This document shows, in pieces, positions 21,039-29,664 of a stretch of 64,000 bases of DNA. The DNA is from Gammaproteobacteria bacterium (GTDB lineage Bacteria > Pseudomonadota > Gammaproteobacteria > UBA4575). Both the position numbers and the translations under genes were made by a program. The number at the start of each line of letters is the position of its first letter. Position 1 is the first letter of the stretch. The notes below the pieces were generated by a model. It saw only the letters and a list, made by a program, of their open reading frames with translations. It made no database searches and had not been told where the DNA came from. Where the stretch lies: NCBI GenBank assembly GCA_965215055.1, contig OZ244046.1:1268123-1332122 (forward strand), given 5' to 3'.

Positions 21039-22442
21039 CTATTCATCATCATCGCTTTGGTCCGGCACTACCACGAACTCTGGATAGGCTTCAATGCCGA
21101 GTTCGGCCACATCTTGGCCGAGTTCTTCAACGGTAGGCGAAACTCGTACGCCTATCAGTTTTTTCAGGCCCAACCACAACAACCACGAAGTCGTAAACAC
21201 GAATGCGCCGATAGCAAGGATTCCGGTAATCTGCGCAACGAGACTACCTCCTGCTGCAATACAAACTGCAAGGGTTCCCCAGATACCTGCAAACAAATGC
21301 GCAGGAACCGCACCGACTACATCATCCAGTTTGACAATTTCCAGTAGTTTCATGCCGCCAGTACAAATAACGCCACCAATGGCACCGATAATGATCGCCC
21401 AGTAATGATTGACGATGTCTGGTCCTGCGGTAATTGCCACCAAGCCGGCAATGGCGCCGTTAAGCACGGCAAGCAGGTCAACTCGGCCAAGGAGGGGACG
21501 CGAGATGCTGATTGAGGCCATGACACCGCCTGCCGCAGCAAGGTTCGTATTTACAAGGATATTGCTCATTGCTACAGCATCTATGGCACTGGCAGCAGCA
21601 AGCTGGGAGCCACCATTAAAACCAAACCATCCCATCCAGAGAATGAAAACTCCCAGAGTTACGGCAGGGATGTTGGAAGGCGGCGTGGGCTTGACGCTAC
21701 CATCACGTCGGAATTTGCCTATTCTTGGGCCGACGACGAGAGCGCCTGCAAGTGCAGCCCAACCACCGGTGGAATGTACAATGGTAGACCCTGCAAAATC
21801 CTGAAAACCAAGGTTATAGAGCCATCCTCCACCCCATGTCCAGGCGCCGACAATGGGGTAGATGATTGCTGTCAAAAAAGCTGTAAATGCGAAAAATCCC
21901 CATAGTTTTACTCGTTCAGCCAGTGTACCGGAAACAATGGAAGCCGCGGTCGCTACAAAGACCATCTGAAAAAACCAATCGGACATGGTAGAATAGTCGG
22001 ATCTTACGACCTTCTCCACAGCATTTTCTCCGCCGTTCAACAGAGCAATTTCATCAGGTGACGAGTTGTAGAATAAAGTGAACGAGCCGATCAGCTTCCC
22101 CACATCGGTATACATAAGGTTGTACCCAATTATGTAGTAGGCTAGACCTGCGATAGAATAAAGTCCAATGTTCTTGAGGCAGATCACTGAAGCGTTTTTA
22201 GTGCGTACGGAACCCGCTTCCAGCATAGTGAAGCCGGCGCACATCCACATTATAAGTACTCCCCAAACTAGAAAGGAAAACGTGTTTATAACGAATTTCG
22301 TTTCCGCTCCAATGCTTGCTGCATGTGCGGAGCCTAAATATACAAGGCCAAGTACCGCAAAAATTCCCGTAATTCTCAGTGTGCGACGGGTGACACTGTT
22401 ATAGTCGTCGTTACTGTCCGGATCAAGTTCATTCTCACTCAT
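21039..22442 (-). CDS. amtB: Ammonium transporter (Amt family) with N-terminal signal peptide
   Basis: AGFTMLEAG, FFQMVF, DFAGSTIVHSTGG, WMGWFGFNGGS, DDVVGAVPAH (twin His intact); start MSENEL at 22442. Confidence 0.95.
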   Translation of the reverse strand: MSENELDPDSNDDYNSVTRRTLRITGIFAVLGLVYLGSAHAASIGAETKFVINTFSFLVWGVLIMWMCAGFTMLEAGSVRTKNASVICLKNIGLYSIAGLAYYIIGYNLMYTDVGKLIGSFTLFYNSSPDEIALLNGGENAVEKVVRSDYSTMSDWFFQMVFVATAASIVSGTLAERVKLWGFFAFTAFLTAIIYPIVGAWTWGGGWLYNLGFQDFAGSTIVHSTGGWAALAGALVVGPRIGKFRRDGSVKPTPPSNIPAVTLGVFILWMGWFGFNGGSQLAAASAIDAVAMSNILVNTNLAAAGGVMASISISRPLLGRVDLLAVLNGAIAGLVAITAGPDIVNHYWAIIIGAIGGVICTGGMKLLEIVKLDDVVGAVPAHLFAGIWGTLAVCIAAGGSLVAQITGILAIGAFVFTTSWLLWLGLKKLIGVRVSPTVEELGQDVAELGIEAYPEFVVVPDQSDDDE

Positions 22443-22545
22443 GGCTCGCCGCTTTTTTAAGGAGATCAGCATGATTATTGGGATACTGAGTAGGCGAAGA
22501 TTATTTTGAGGTTTAGTCAAATAATTAGAAAGCTTACTTATAATC

Positions 22546-22561
22546 TGCAAGTCGTGAGCCG
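22546..22561 (-). promoter_or_regulatory. sigma54 (-24/-12) promoter candidate for amt
   Basis: Minus strand CGGCTCACGACTTGCA fits YGGCACR-N4-TTGCW with one mismatch and exact GG-N10-GC spacing, ~105 nt upstream of the amt ATG. Confidence 0.6.
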
Positions 22562-22691
22562 TATAGAAAACCCTTGACCTGTGGCAAGCTAGCATACTTT
22601 GCAGCTTTGTTCAAAACGCTTCCAAAAAGCAATGGAGTAGTGTGGGCTATAGCGATTCAACTTGGCTGGGACGCCTCGTCAGATTAGAAGT

Positions 22692-24899
22692 TTAGGAAGA
22701 CGTTATGGGTTCTTCCCCCTCTTCACTCAACTCTTGTTCCGCTATAGGGGGTGCAGTGGTAGGAATTGTGACAATCATCTCCGTGAATTTTTCCAGTTCC
22801 GATTCCACGCGAATTGTACCGCCATGTTCTCGAACGATGTCGCTGGACAGCGCAAGACCCAGCCCCGTGCCTTGGTCGGTGGGCTTGGTCGTAAAAAATG
22901 GATTAAAAATCTTGTCGATGACATCTGGTGGGATTCCTGCACCGTTGTCCCGTATACGAACTTCAACATGTTCTTGTGTACGTTGGGTGGATATCCACAT
23001 GGTTGGCTCATAGGGGGATTCTTCTTTTTCCAGTGCCTTTCGGCGCTCATCTGTGGCGTGGCAGGCGTTGCTGACCATGTTCAGGAAAACACGTCCCATG
23101 TCTTGGGGAATGACTTCAATCTCACCTACCTCAGGGCTCAGGTCTTGTTTGATCTCCAGTTGAAAATCCGAATCGGTGGCGCGCGCACTGTGAAAGGCAA
23201 GCCATGCGTGTTCTTCGAGTAAACCGTTGATATCAGTAGGCTGTCGGTCACTTGAGCCACGTCCCATCATCAGCATGTCGCGCACAATACGGTCAGCGCG
23301 GTTGCCATGACTACGGATACGTTCCAGGTTTTCATTGAGGTCGCAACAGATATCGGCTGTCAGTTCACGCTGTTCCTTGCTCAACTTCTCTCCTCCTTGC
23401 TGCAAGGTTTCCTCAAGTTCTTCCAGCAACTCCTCGGACGCTTCGGCGAAGTTTTTTACGAAGTTCAGCGGATTCTTGATTTCGTGTGCTACGCCTGCGG
23501 TGAGTTCGCCGAGTGAAGCAAGTTTCTCGCGCATGACGATCTGATCCTGCATATGGCGCAAGTCTGCCAGTGCCGTCTCTAGCTGACTGTTCTTGTCACG
23601 CAGGTCTGTGGCAAGTTTTTCTACTAGATTCAAGCGCTGCACCTCTAATGCATTGCGGCGAAAAACTTCCAGTGCTGCAGCCATCTCTGCCACTTCGTCG
23701 TGTCCACCGATTTTAAGCTCGGTTTCCAGGTCACCTTCGGCCATGTGACGCATCCGTCTCGACAGCGAATCAAGTCGGCGCAATAGTGCTCGCCCAACAA
23801 ATAACCACGCAATCAGTACTGCTCCAGTGATACCGGCAATATTTATAAAAATAAGCAGGTTTTGGCCTGTGCGAATCGTCTGTTCCGAAGTATGGGAGGC
23901 TTCCTCAGCGCTTAGTCTGGCTGCACTGACTAAGTTGTCAACTTCTGCAGCCAGTTCAATTGCGAGAGAGCCATTTTGCGCTAACAAAGCTTGTTGAAGT
24001 TGGGTTAATGTCAATTTTCTGGTATGTAGGTCAAAGCTTCCATCAGTTCCTAGACCCAGCTTGAATAATCGGGTAAATGCAGGAGTGATTTGCTGACGTA
24101 CAGGTGCTGTGCCAAGCGCAGATAGGCTCCGCTCGATGCTAGCCATGGTAGCTTCGAAACGTTCTCGCAACGGCTCCAATAGCGCCGTATCTGAAAGGTT
24201 GAACGCAATGGCTACCAACTGTGTTATGGAAGTCATATCTGAATACAGCGTAGCCAGATGACGATAGTGGTCGAATTCCTTCTTCGAAAAATGAACCTCT
24301 CGCGGTACTGGTGCTTCGTCAAGTTGACGATATCCCGTCATCGTGTAGAACAACTGATTGTCAATGGCTGGAACCAGTATGTCAGTTAATTCGCTTTGTA
24401 CTTCCAATAATTCGGCTTGCAGGGTTTCGCTACGCGCAGCAAGTTCAAATCTCGTAGCTACTGACTCCTCAATCATCTGGATATTGGATATAATTGCCTC
24501 ACCCGAAGCGCGGGTCTGTTTCAAATGCCTATCACGCTCGTCCTGTAAATTTGATTCCGATTCCAGCAGAAGAAGGTCGTTTAACAGTGCTTCAAAGGAG
24601 CTACGTTTTTCAGCAATATCATTGGAAACGCGGGTAAAGGCTTCCATCGTCATGGTTGCCGTTAGATGTGGAGCAGCATCTACCAGTGCGGCACTTTGGC
24701 GCGCGATTGAGAACGCTGCTGCCATTTCCGGAACACTGTCCTCAGTAACACGTCTGTGAACGTCGCTTACCCGATTAAAAAATAGCCAGGCGACCAGACT
24801 GGCACCAATAGTGAAAGCTACCGCTATGCTAATTCCCAGGTAGAGTTGAGTCGAGATTCGAAAGCGAGCCTGAAGCAGGTGTTTTAACAGCTTGCGCAT
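22692..24899 (-). CDS. Membrane sensor histidine kinase: TorS-like periplasmic region, HAMP, HisKA, HATPase
   Basis: Two TM helices flanking ~310 aa helical periplasmic region; HAMP (EGDL...DEVAEMAAAL); H-box GVAHEIKNPLNF; DNGAGIP, NPFFTTK, GTGLGL. Confidence 0.9.
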   Translation of the reverse strand: MRKLLKHLLQARFRISTQLYLGISIAVAFTIGASLVAWLFFNRVSDVHRRVTEDSVPEMAAAFSIARQSAALVDAAPHLTATMTMEAFTRVSNDIAEKRSSFEALLNDLLLLESESNLQDERDRHLKQTRASGEAIISNIQMIEESVATRFELAARSETLQAELLEVQSELTDILVPAIDNQLFYTMTGYRQLDEAPVPREVHFSKKEFDHYRHLATLYSDMTSITQLVAIAFNLSDTALLEPLRERFEATMASIERSLSALGTAPVRQQITPAFTRLFKLGLGTDGSFDLHTRKLTLTQLQQALLAQNGSLAIELAAEVDNLVSAARLSAEEASHTSEQTIRTGQNLLIFINIAGITGAVLIAWLFVGRALLRRLDSLSRRMRHMAEGDLETELKIGGHDEVAEMAAALEVFRRNALEVQRLNLVEKLATDLRDKNSQLETALADLRHMQDQIVMREKLASLGELTAGVAHEIKNPLNFVKNFAEASEELLEELEETLQQGGEKLSKEQRELTADICCDLNENLERIRSHGNRADRIVRDMLMMGRGSSDRQPTDINGLLEEHAWLAFHSARATDSDFQLEIKQDLSPEVGEIEVIPQDMGRVFLNMVSNACHATDERRKALEKEESPYEPTMWISTQRTQEHVEVRIRDNGAGIPPDVIDKIFNPFFTTKPTDQGTGLGLALSSDIVREHGGTIRVESELEKFTEMIVTIPTTAPPIAEQELSEEGEEPITSS

Positions 24900-26074
24900 G
24901 ACCTCATCAGGCTTCCCAATGTCTCGACAGAATGGTAGTTCCCGTCGCTGCCGATTGTAGTAAGAAAGACGGTGTCTGACCCCTGGTTGTCGTTATCGCC
25001 ATAACGTAACATAAACCCATCCAGATCAATGTTGTCTGTTTGACGTAGAGTGTCAAGGAAGCAGGTACGGTTCACTGCTGGACCACAGCGTTCCAACGCG
25101 ACGATCGCAAGTCTTCCAGCTAGGTAGCCTTCGAGTGAAACAAAACTTGGCGCGGTGTCTACCGCCAAGGTCGAAAGTGCCTTTCTGTACGTAGAAACAA
25201 CGGCAGGTTTTTCACCTTCTGGCAATGGCACTACCTGAGTAACAAGGACTCCTGCACCACCTGTTCCTAGCTCCCGAACTAACGCGTTGCTTCCGACGAA
25301 GGAGATTGTTATGAATACGGGGTCAAAGTTTGTATGCCGTGCCCAGGCAATCAGTGCGGCAACCGGCTTATAGGCACCGATAATTATTACCCCGCCGGGG
25401 TTGTCGTCGCGTACATCAAGCAAGGCTGTCTTTACAACTGTAGTATTGCGTGGGTATACGCCGATTGCTACTGGTTCCATGTCGCGCTGTTTGAGGGCGC
25501 GCTGCACACCACGGTAACCTGCTCGACCAAACGAGTCATCTTGGTATATTACGGCGACGCGCTCAATTCCAAGATTATTGACAAGGTAAGAGATCATTGT
25601 TTCAGTTTCCTGATCGTAAGATGCACGCAGGTTGATGACATTGCTTAAACTTGCTTGCCGCAGAAAAGCGGCTCCGGTAAATGGAGCAATATAGGGAACA
25701 CCGGCATCCATCGCAATGGGAACAGCGGAACGCGATGTCGGCGTGCCGACTGCTCCGATTAGCGCGAATACCTGATCTCGATCAATCAGGTGACGGGTAT
25801 TGATGATAGCAGTTTCCGGCTCGTAGGCATCGTCGAGAGATACTAATTCAAGCTTTCGCCCGTGAACTCCGCCCTTCTTATTTATTTCATGGAAGGCTGC
25901 CTGAATTCCAAGCCGCATGTTTTTACCTAGCTCCTGAGCAGGGCCGGTAAATGCAGCGGACTGACCAAACAGTATGCGCTTATCAAGTATGCCCGTCTCT
26001 TCCCCTCCAACGATTGTTGTCGACACTACGCCACTAAACAAACCAAATACGCATATACCTGTAGTTAGCCTCAT
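24884..26074 (-). CDS. Type-1 periplasmic binding protein (LivJ/branched-chain amino acid-like fold), no cognate permease nearby
   Basis: ILFGQSAAFTGPA...INKKGGVHGRKLELVSLDDAYEP, LIGAVGTPTS, NLRASYDQE, YQDDSFGRAG. Confidence 0.88.
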   Translation of the reverse strand: MRLTTGICVFGLFSGVVSTTIVGGEETGILDKRILFGQSAAFTGPAQELGKNMRLGIQAAFHEINKKGGVHGRKLELVSLDDAYEPETAIINTRHLIDRDQVFALIGAVGTPTSRSAVPIAMDAGVPYIAPFTGAAFLRQASLSNVINLRASYDQETETMISYLVNNLGIERVAVIYQDDSFGRAGYRGVQRALKQRDMEPVAIGVYPRNTTVVKTALLDVRDDNPGGVIIIGAYKPVAALIAWARHTNFDPVFITISFVGSNALVRELGTGGAGVLVTQVVPLPEGEKPAVVSTYRKALSTLAVDTAPSFVSLEGYLAGRLAIVALERCGPAVNRTCFLDTLRQTDNIDLDGFMLRYGDNDNQGSDTVFLTTIGSDGNYHSVETLGSLMRSCASC

Positions 26075-26493
26075 TTAGCCACCGTTTTAACGAGGGTGAT
26101 GTGGTTTCTTTCTGCTTCCCGTCGATAGTGCAGCTCGTCCATTATTGAACGTACCAAGTGAACACCAAGCCCACCAATGGGCCGGTCTTCCACATTTGAG
26201 TCCAGGTCGGGTTCGGGGGCTTCACTTAGGGGATTGAATGCTCGCCCGTCGTCAATAATCTCAATAGTGAGAGTGTTTACCTCCAGTACCAGCGAGATCT
26301 CGAATTCATGGGTTTTATCGTCATCGTAGGCGTAATTTACGATGTTGATGCCTAACTCTTCCAAGGCAAGGTTTATTTGATAAGTGAGGCTTGGCGGTAA
26401 GTTCTGTGCTTGACCAAATTCCTCTACTGCATTTTGAATCTGCCGCAATGCATCGATACTGGCTTCAACTTGCAGAGATAATTTTGCGCTCAT
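26071..26493 (-). CDS. RsbW/SpoIIAB-like anti-sigma Ser kinase (HATPase_c_2)
   Basis: LALEELGINIVNYAY, IIDDGRAFNP, RPIGGLGVHLVRSIMD. Confidence 0.92.
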   Translation of the reverse strand: MSAKLSLQVEASIDALRQIQNAVEEFGQAQNLPPSLTYQINLALEELGINIVNYAYDDDKTHEFEISLVLEVNTLTIEIIDDGRAFNPLSEAPEPDLDSNVEDRPIGGLGVHLVRSIMDELHYRREAERNHITLVKTVAK

Positions 26494-26498
26494 ACGCC

Positions 26499-27659
26499 TT
26501 ATCCACCATGTACGAGAGTCAAACAGGTAATGTCATCCGACTGAGGTGTATCTCCTGCAAAGGCGTGCACTGCCGCAAAAATTGCTTGGTTAGCTTGCTG
26601 CGCATTGCCTAGTGGCGCTTTGGTAAAGACCTCGCGTAGACGCTCCATACCAAACTCTTCACTCTCACCATTCATGGCTTCCGTCACACCATCAGTGTAC
26701 AATACGACAATATCTTTGGGGGCGAGTGCCACAGTACTCTGCTCATAGCGAAACCCGGGCATGATCCCCAAAGCAGTTCCCTCAGTCGAGGAGAGCAGCG
26801 TTGAGCTTCCATCAGCGTGTACAATAAGCGGAGGGTTGTGCCCACCATTCGCATATACAAGCGACCCATTTGCAGGATTGAAAACCGCATAAAAAAGGGT
26901 AACAAACATTGCAGCTTCATTATTTTCACAAAGCAAATTGTTGACCTCATGCAATACCTCGCCCGGTTCAGCGCTACCAATAGCGGCACCTTTGAGCAGC
27001 GTACGGCTGGACATCATAAAAAGAGCAGCATGTACGCCTTTATCGGAAACATCGGCAATGGCGAGTCCAATGTGGTCATCCTCTAGGCGCAGAATGTCGT
27101 AAAAGTCACCACCTACCTCGCGTGCAGGCTCCATGTTTGCATAGACGTGGTAACTGGAGCTTTCAGGAAAGCAGGTAGGGAGAATAGATCTCTGCATCTG
27201 GCTGGCAATATCAAGCTCATTCTTTAGCATGATCAATTTGTCGCGTGATGCAAGTGCATCACGCCATAGTTCCAAGTGTTGCAAAGTTCTGTCTATGGTG
27301 ATGCGCAAATCCTTAAAGTCGATAGGCTTGGTAATGAAATCGAATGCCCCTCGGTTCATAGCCGTGCGGATGTTTTTCATGTCTCCGTATGCCGAAATAA
27401 TCACGGAACGGATGTTGGGGTCGACTTTAGGAATTTGCTCTAGAAGCGTCAGGCCGTCCATCTGTGGCATGTTGATGTCCGAGAGCACCATGTCGACATC
27501 TGAGTCTTCTTTCAGTAACTTGAGTGCTTCGACGCCATTGTGGGCAAACTCGAATGTGTAACGGCCCTCCCGCACCTCCCGGCGCATACGCTGGCGCACT
27601 AAGTGTTCGAGGTCAGGCTCGTCATCGACTACGAGGATTTTGTATTGTGCTTGGTCCAA
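26499..27659 (-). CDS. Response regulator with PP2C/SpoIIE phosphatase output (RsbU-like)
   Basis: REC: VVDD, LSDINMP, FITKP; PP2C: VGGDFYD, IADVSDKG, YTDGVTEA, SDDIT. Confidence 0.94.
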   Translation of the reverse strand: MDQAQYKILVVDDEPDLEHLVRQRMRREVREGRYTFEFAHNGVEALKLLKEDSDVDMVLSDINMPQMDGLTLLEQIPKVDPNIRSVIISAYGDMKNIRTAMNRGAFDFITKPIDFKDLRITIDRTLQHLELWRDALASRDKLIMLKNELDIASQMQRSILPTCFPESSSYHVYANMEPAREVGGDFYDILRLEDDHIGLAIADVSDKGVHAALFMMSSRTLLKGAAIGSAEPGEVLHEVNNLLCENNEAAMFVTLFYAVFNPANGSLVYANGGHNPPLIVHADGSSTLLSSTEGTALGIMPGFRYEQSTVALAPKDIVVLYTDGVTEAMNGESEEFGMERLREVFTKAPLGNAQQANQAIFAAVHAFAGDTPQSDDITCLTLVHGG

Positions 27660-27758
27660 GTTTTCTCAATCTTGTAGTAAAGGAATTGAGTTTGCTATCT
27701 GGGAGGATCAGAAACTGTGCTTAAGAGTTTGTTGCCATACTGCAAGTTCAGATAATTA

Positions 27759-28097
27759 TCAGGCAAGCTGCTTTGTCAATGCCTCTGTTCGGGTGGCGTG
27801 AATGGAGATAATTTGGTCAAAACCACTGATTTGAAAAACTTCATTAATTGGGTCTGAAAGTGCACAAAGCGCAAATTTTGCCTCTTTTTTTCGTAGTGTT
27901 TTCGCGATCAACAGAATTACTCTAAGCCCTGCGCTGCTGATGTAAGAAAGTTCATCGAAGTCCAGGATGACCGCACGATCATTATCACTAATGATATCTT
28001 TGAGGGCTTTCTCAAACTCAAGGGCATTGGAGCCGTCTATGCGCCCCGCTACCTGCGCAATCAATGCCCCCTCTTCCCGCTCATGATTTATTTTCAT
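27759..28097 (-). CDS. STAS-domain anti-sigma factor antagonist (RsbV/SpoIIAA-like)
   Basis: GRIDGSNA, LDFDELSYISSAGLRV with phosphorylatable Ser. Confidence 0.94.
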   Translation of the reverse strand: MKINHEREEGALIAQVAGRIDGSNALEFEKALKDIISDNDRAVILDFDELSYISSAGLRVILLIAKTLRKKEAKFALCALSDPINEVFQISGFDQIISIHATRTEALTKQLA

Positions 28098-28186
28098 TGA
28101 TTCCTCGCTCCAGCTTTTATTGAATAGCTAACGCTATTTTTCTCCTAGAAGGATAACATTAGCTGAATAAGTGACAAAGCATTTAG

Positions 28187-29152
28187 TTACATTATCTCTT
28201 CCGTTCCACACTCTGTTTTTTGGCGAAATAACTTGGGCAGGGGAAACACGACATTTTCTGGTTTGCCTAGAGAATTAACTATTTGCACGTCGGGTAACTT
28301 CTTTAGGTGATTTACCACTTGTTGTACTAATATCTCGGGTGCCGAGGCACCTGCAGTAACCCCGATTTTTGTTTTCCCGTGTAGCCAGATGTCTTCAATA
28401 TGTTCCGCATCGTCAATCAAATGCGCTTCAACTCCGTTTTTGTCTGCGATCTCGCGAAGACGGTTCGAGTTGGAGCTATTTTTGGACCCAATGACCAATA
28501 ACAGGTCGCAATCTTCGACCAATTTTTTTACCGCATCCTGTCTGTTTTGTGTGGCATAGCATATGTCATTTTTTTTAGGGCCGATGATATTCGGGAAACG
28601 CCTCCTCAGCTCATTGATTACATTACCAGTGTCATCCATGGATAAGGTAGTTTGTGTGACAAAGGCAATTTTATCTTTATTTTTGACTTGCAGTTTGGCA
28701 ACGTCGTCGACATTTTCAACTAGGTATATTTGCCCGTTACAAGACCTATCATATTGGCCCATGGTGCCTTCAACTTCCGGGTGGCCCTTGTGGCCAATAA
28801 GCACCGTATCGAATCCGTCTTTACCGTAACGCGCGATTTCCAGATGAACCTTGGTTACCAAGGGACAGGTGGCGTCAAATACCCTGAGGTTGCGGTTAGA
28901 GGCTTCCTGTTGTACAGCCTTGGACACACCGTGCGCACTGAAAATTACAGTAGAGCCATCCGGTACTGCATTCAATTCATCTACGAATAGCACCCCCTTT
29001 TTTTTGAGATCATCCACCACGAATTTGTTGTGCACGACCTCATGGCGAACGTAAATGGGTGCGCCAATTAATTTTAATGCACGTTCCACAATCTCTATAG
29101 CGCGGTCTACGCCGGCACAGAAGCCACGTGGATTTGCAAGCAGTACTTGCAT
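28187..29152 (-). CDS. ispH: 4-hydroxy-3-methylbut-2-enyl diphosphate reductase
   Basis: [36 protein letters not shown]. Confidence 0.98.
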   Translation of the reverse strand: MQVLLANPRGFCAGVDRAIEIVERALKLIGAPIYVRHEVVHNKFVVDDLKKKGVLFVDELNAVPDGSTVIFSAHGVSKAVQQEASNRNLRVFDATCPLVTKVHLEIARYGKDGFDTVLIGHKGHPEVEGTMGQYDRSCNGQIYLVENVDDVAKLQVKNKDKIAFVTQTTLSMDDTGNVINELRRRFPNIIGPKKNDICYATQNRQDAVKKLVEDCDLLLVIGSKNSSNSNRLREIADKNGVEAHLIDDAEHIEDIWLHGKTKIGVTAGASAPEILVQQVVNHLKKLPDVQIVNSLGKPENVVFPLPKLFRQKTECGTEEIM

Positions 29153-29664
29153 CAGGCTGGGGCCTCTCTGTTAAAAAGGACTTGGATGATCATCAATAAA
29201 ACACCAAGGAAAATTGCCGAGTCTGCGAGGTTGAACGTCGGCCAATGACACGATGTATCACTCACCTGGTAAAAAAGAGGCAGGCATTTCATGTTGGAAT
29301 AATAAAACCAATCAATAAAATCGACCACGTGCCCGTGGAAGCTGCGGTCAATGATGTTCCCCATTGCACCGCCCAGTATTAGTGCAAGACCACATGCCAG
29401 TAACTTTTCTCTAGTGGAAAGTTTCCATAGCCAGAATAATATAAAAACGCTTACCCCAAGCGCAAATACGGTAAAAAACCAGCGTTGCCAGCCACCGGCG
29501 TCGCTTAAAAAACCAAAGGCTGCCCCCTTGTTAAAAGTTAGTGAAAAATTGAAATAAGGCAGAAACGGATGTGGTTCAAGCTGTACCAGATAATACATTG
29601 CAGCGTATTTACTCGTTTGATCGGCGATAACCACGACCAAGGTTAACCATAGCCATTTAAGCAT
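29152..29664 (-). CDS. lspA: Lipoprotein signal peptidase II
   Basis: [33 protein letters not shown]. Confidence 0.96.
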   Translation of the reverse strand: MLKWLWLTLVVVIADQTSKYAAMYYLVQLEPHPFLPYFNFSLTFNKGAAFGFLSDAGGWQRWFFTVFALGVSVFILFWLWKLSTREKLLACGLALILGGAMGNIIDRSFHGHVVDFIDWFYYSNMKCLPLFYQVSDTSCHWPTFNLADSAIFLGVLLMIIQVLFNREAPA

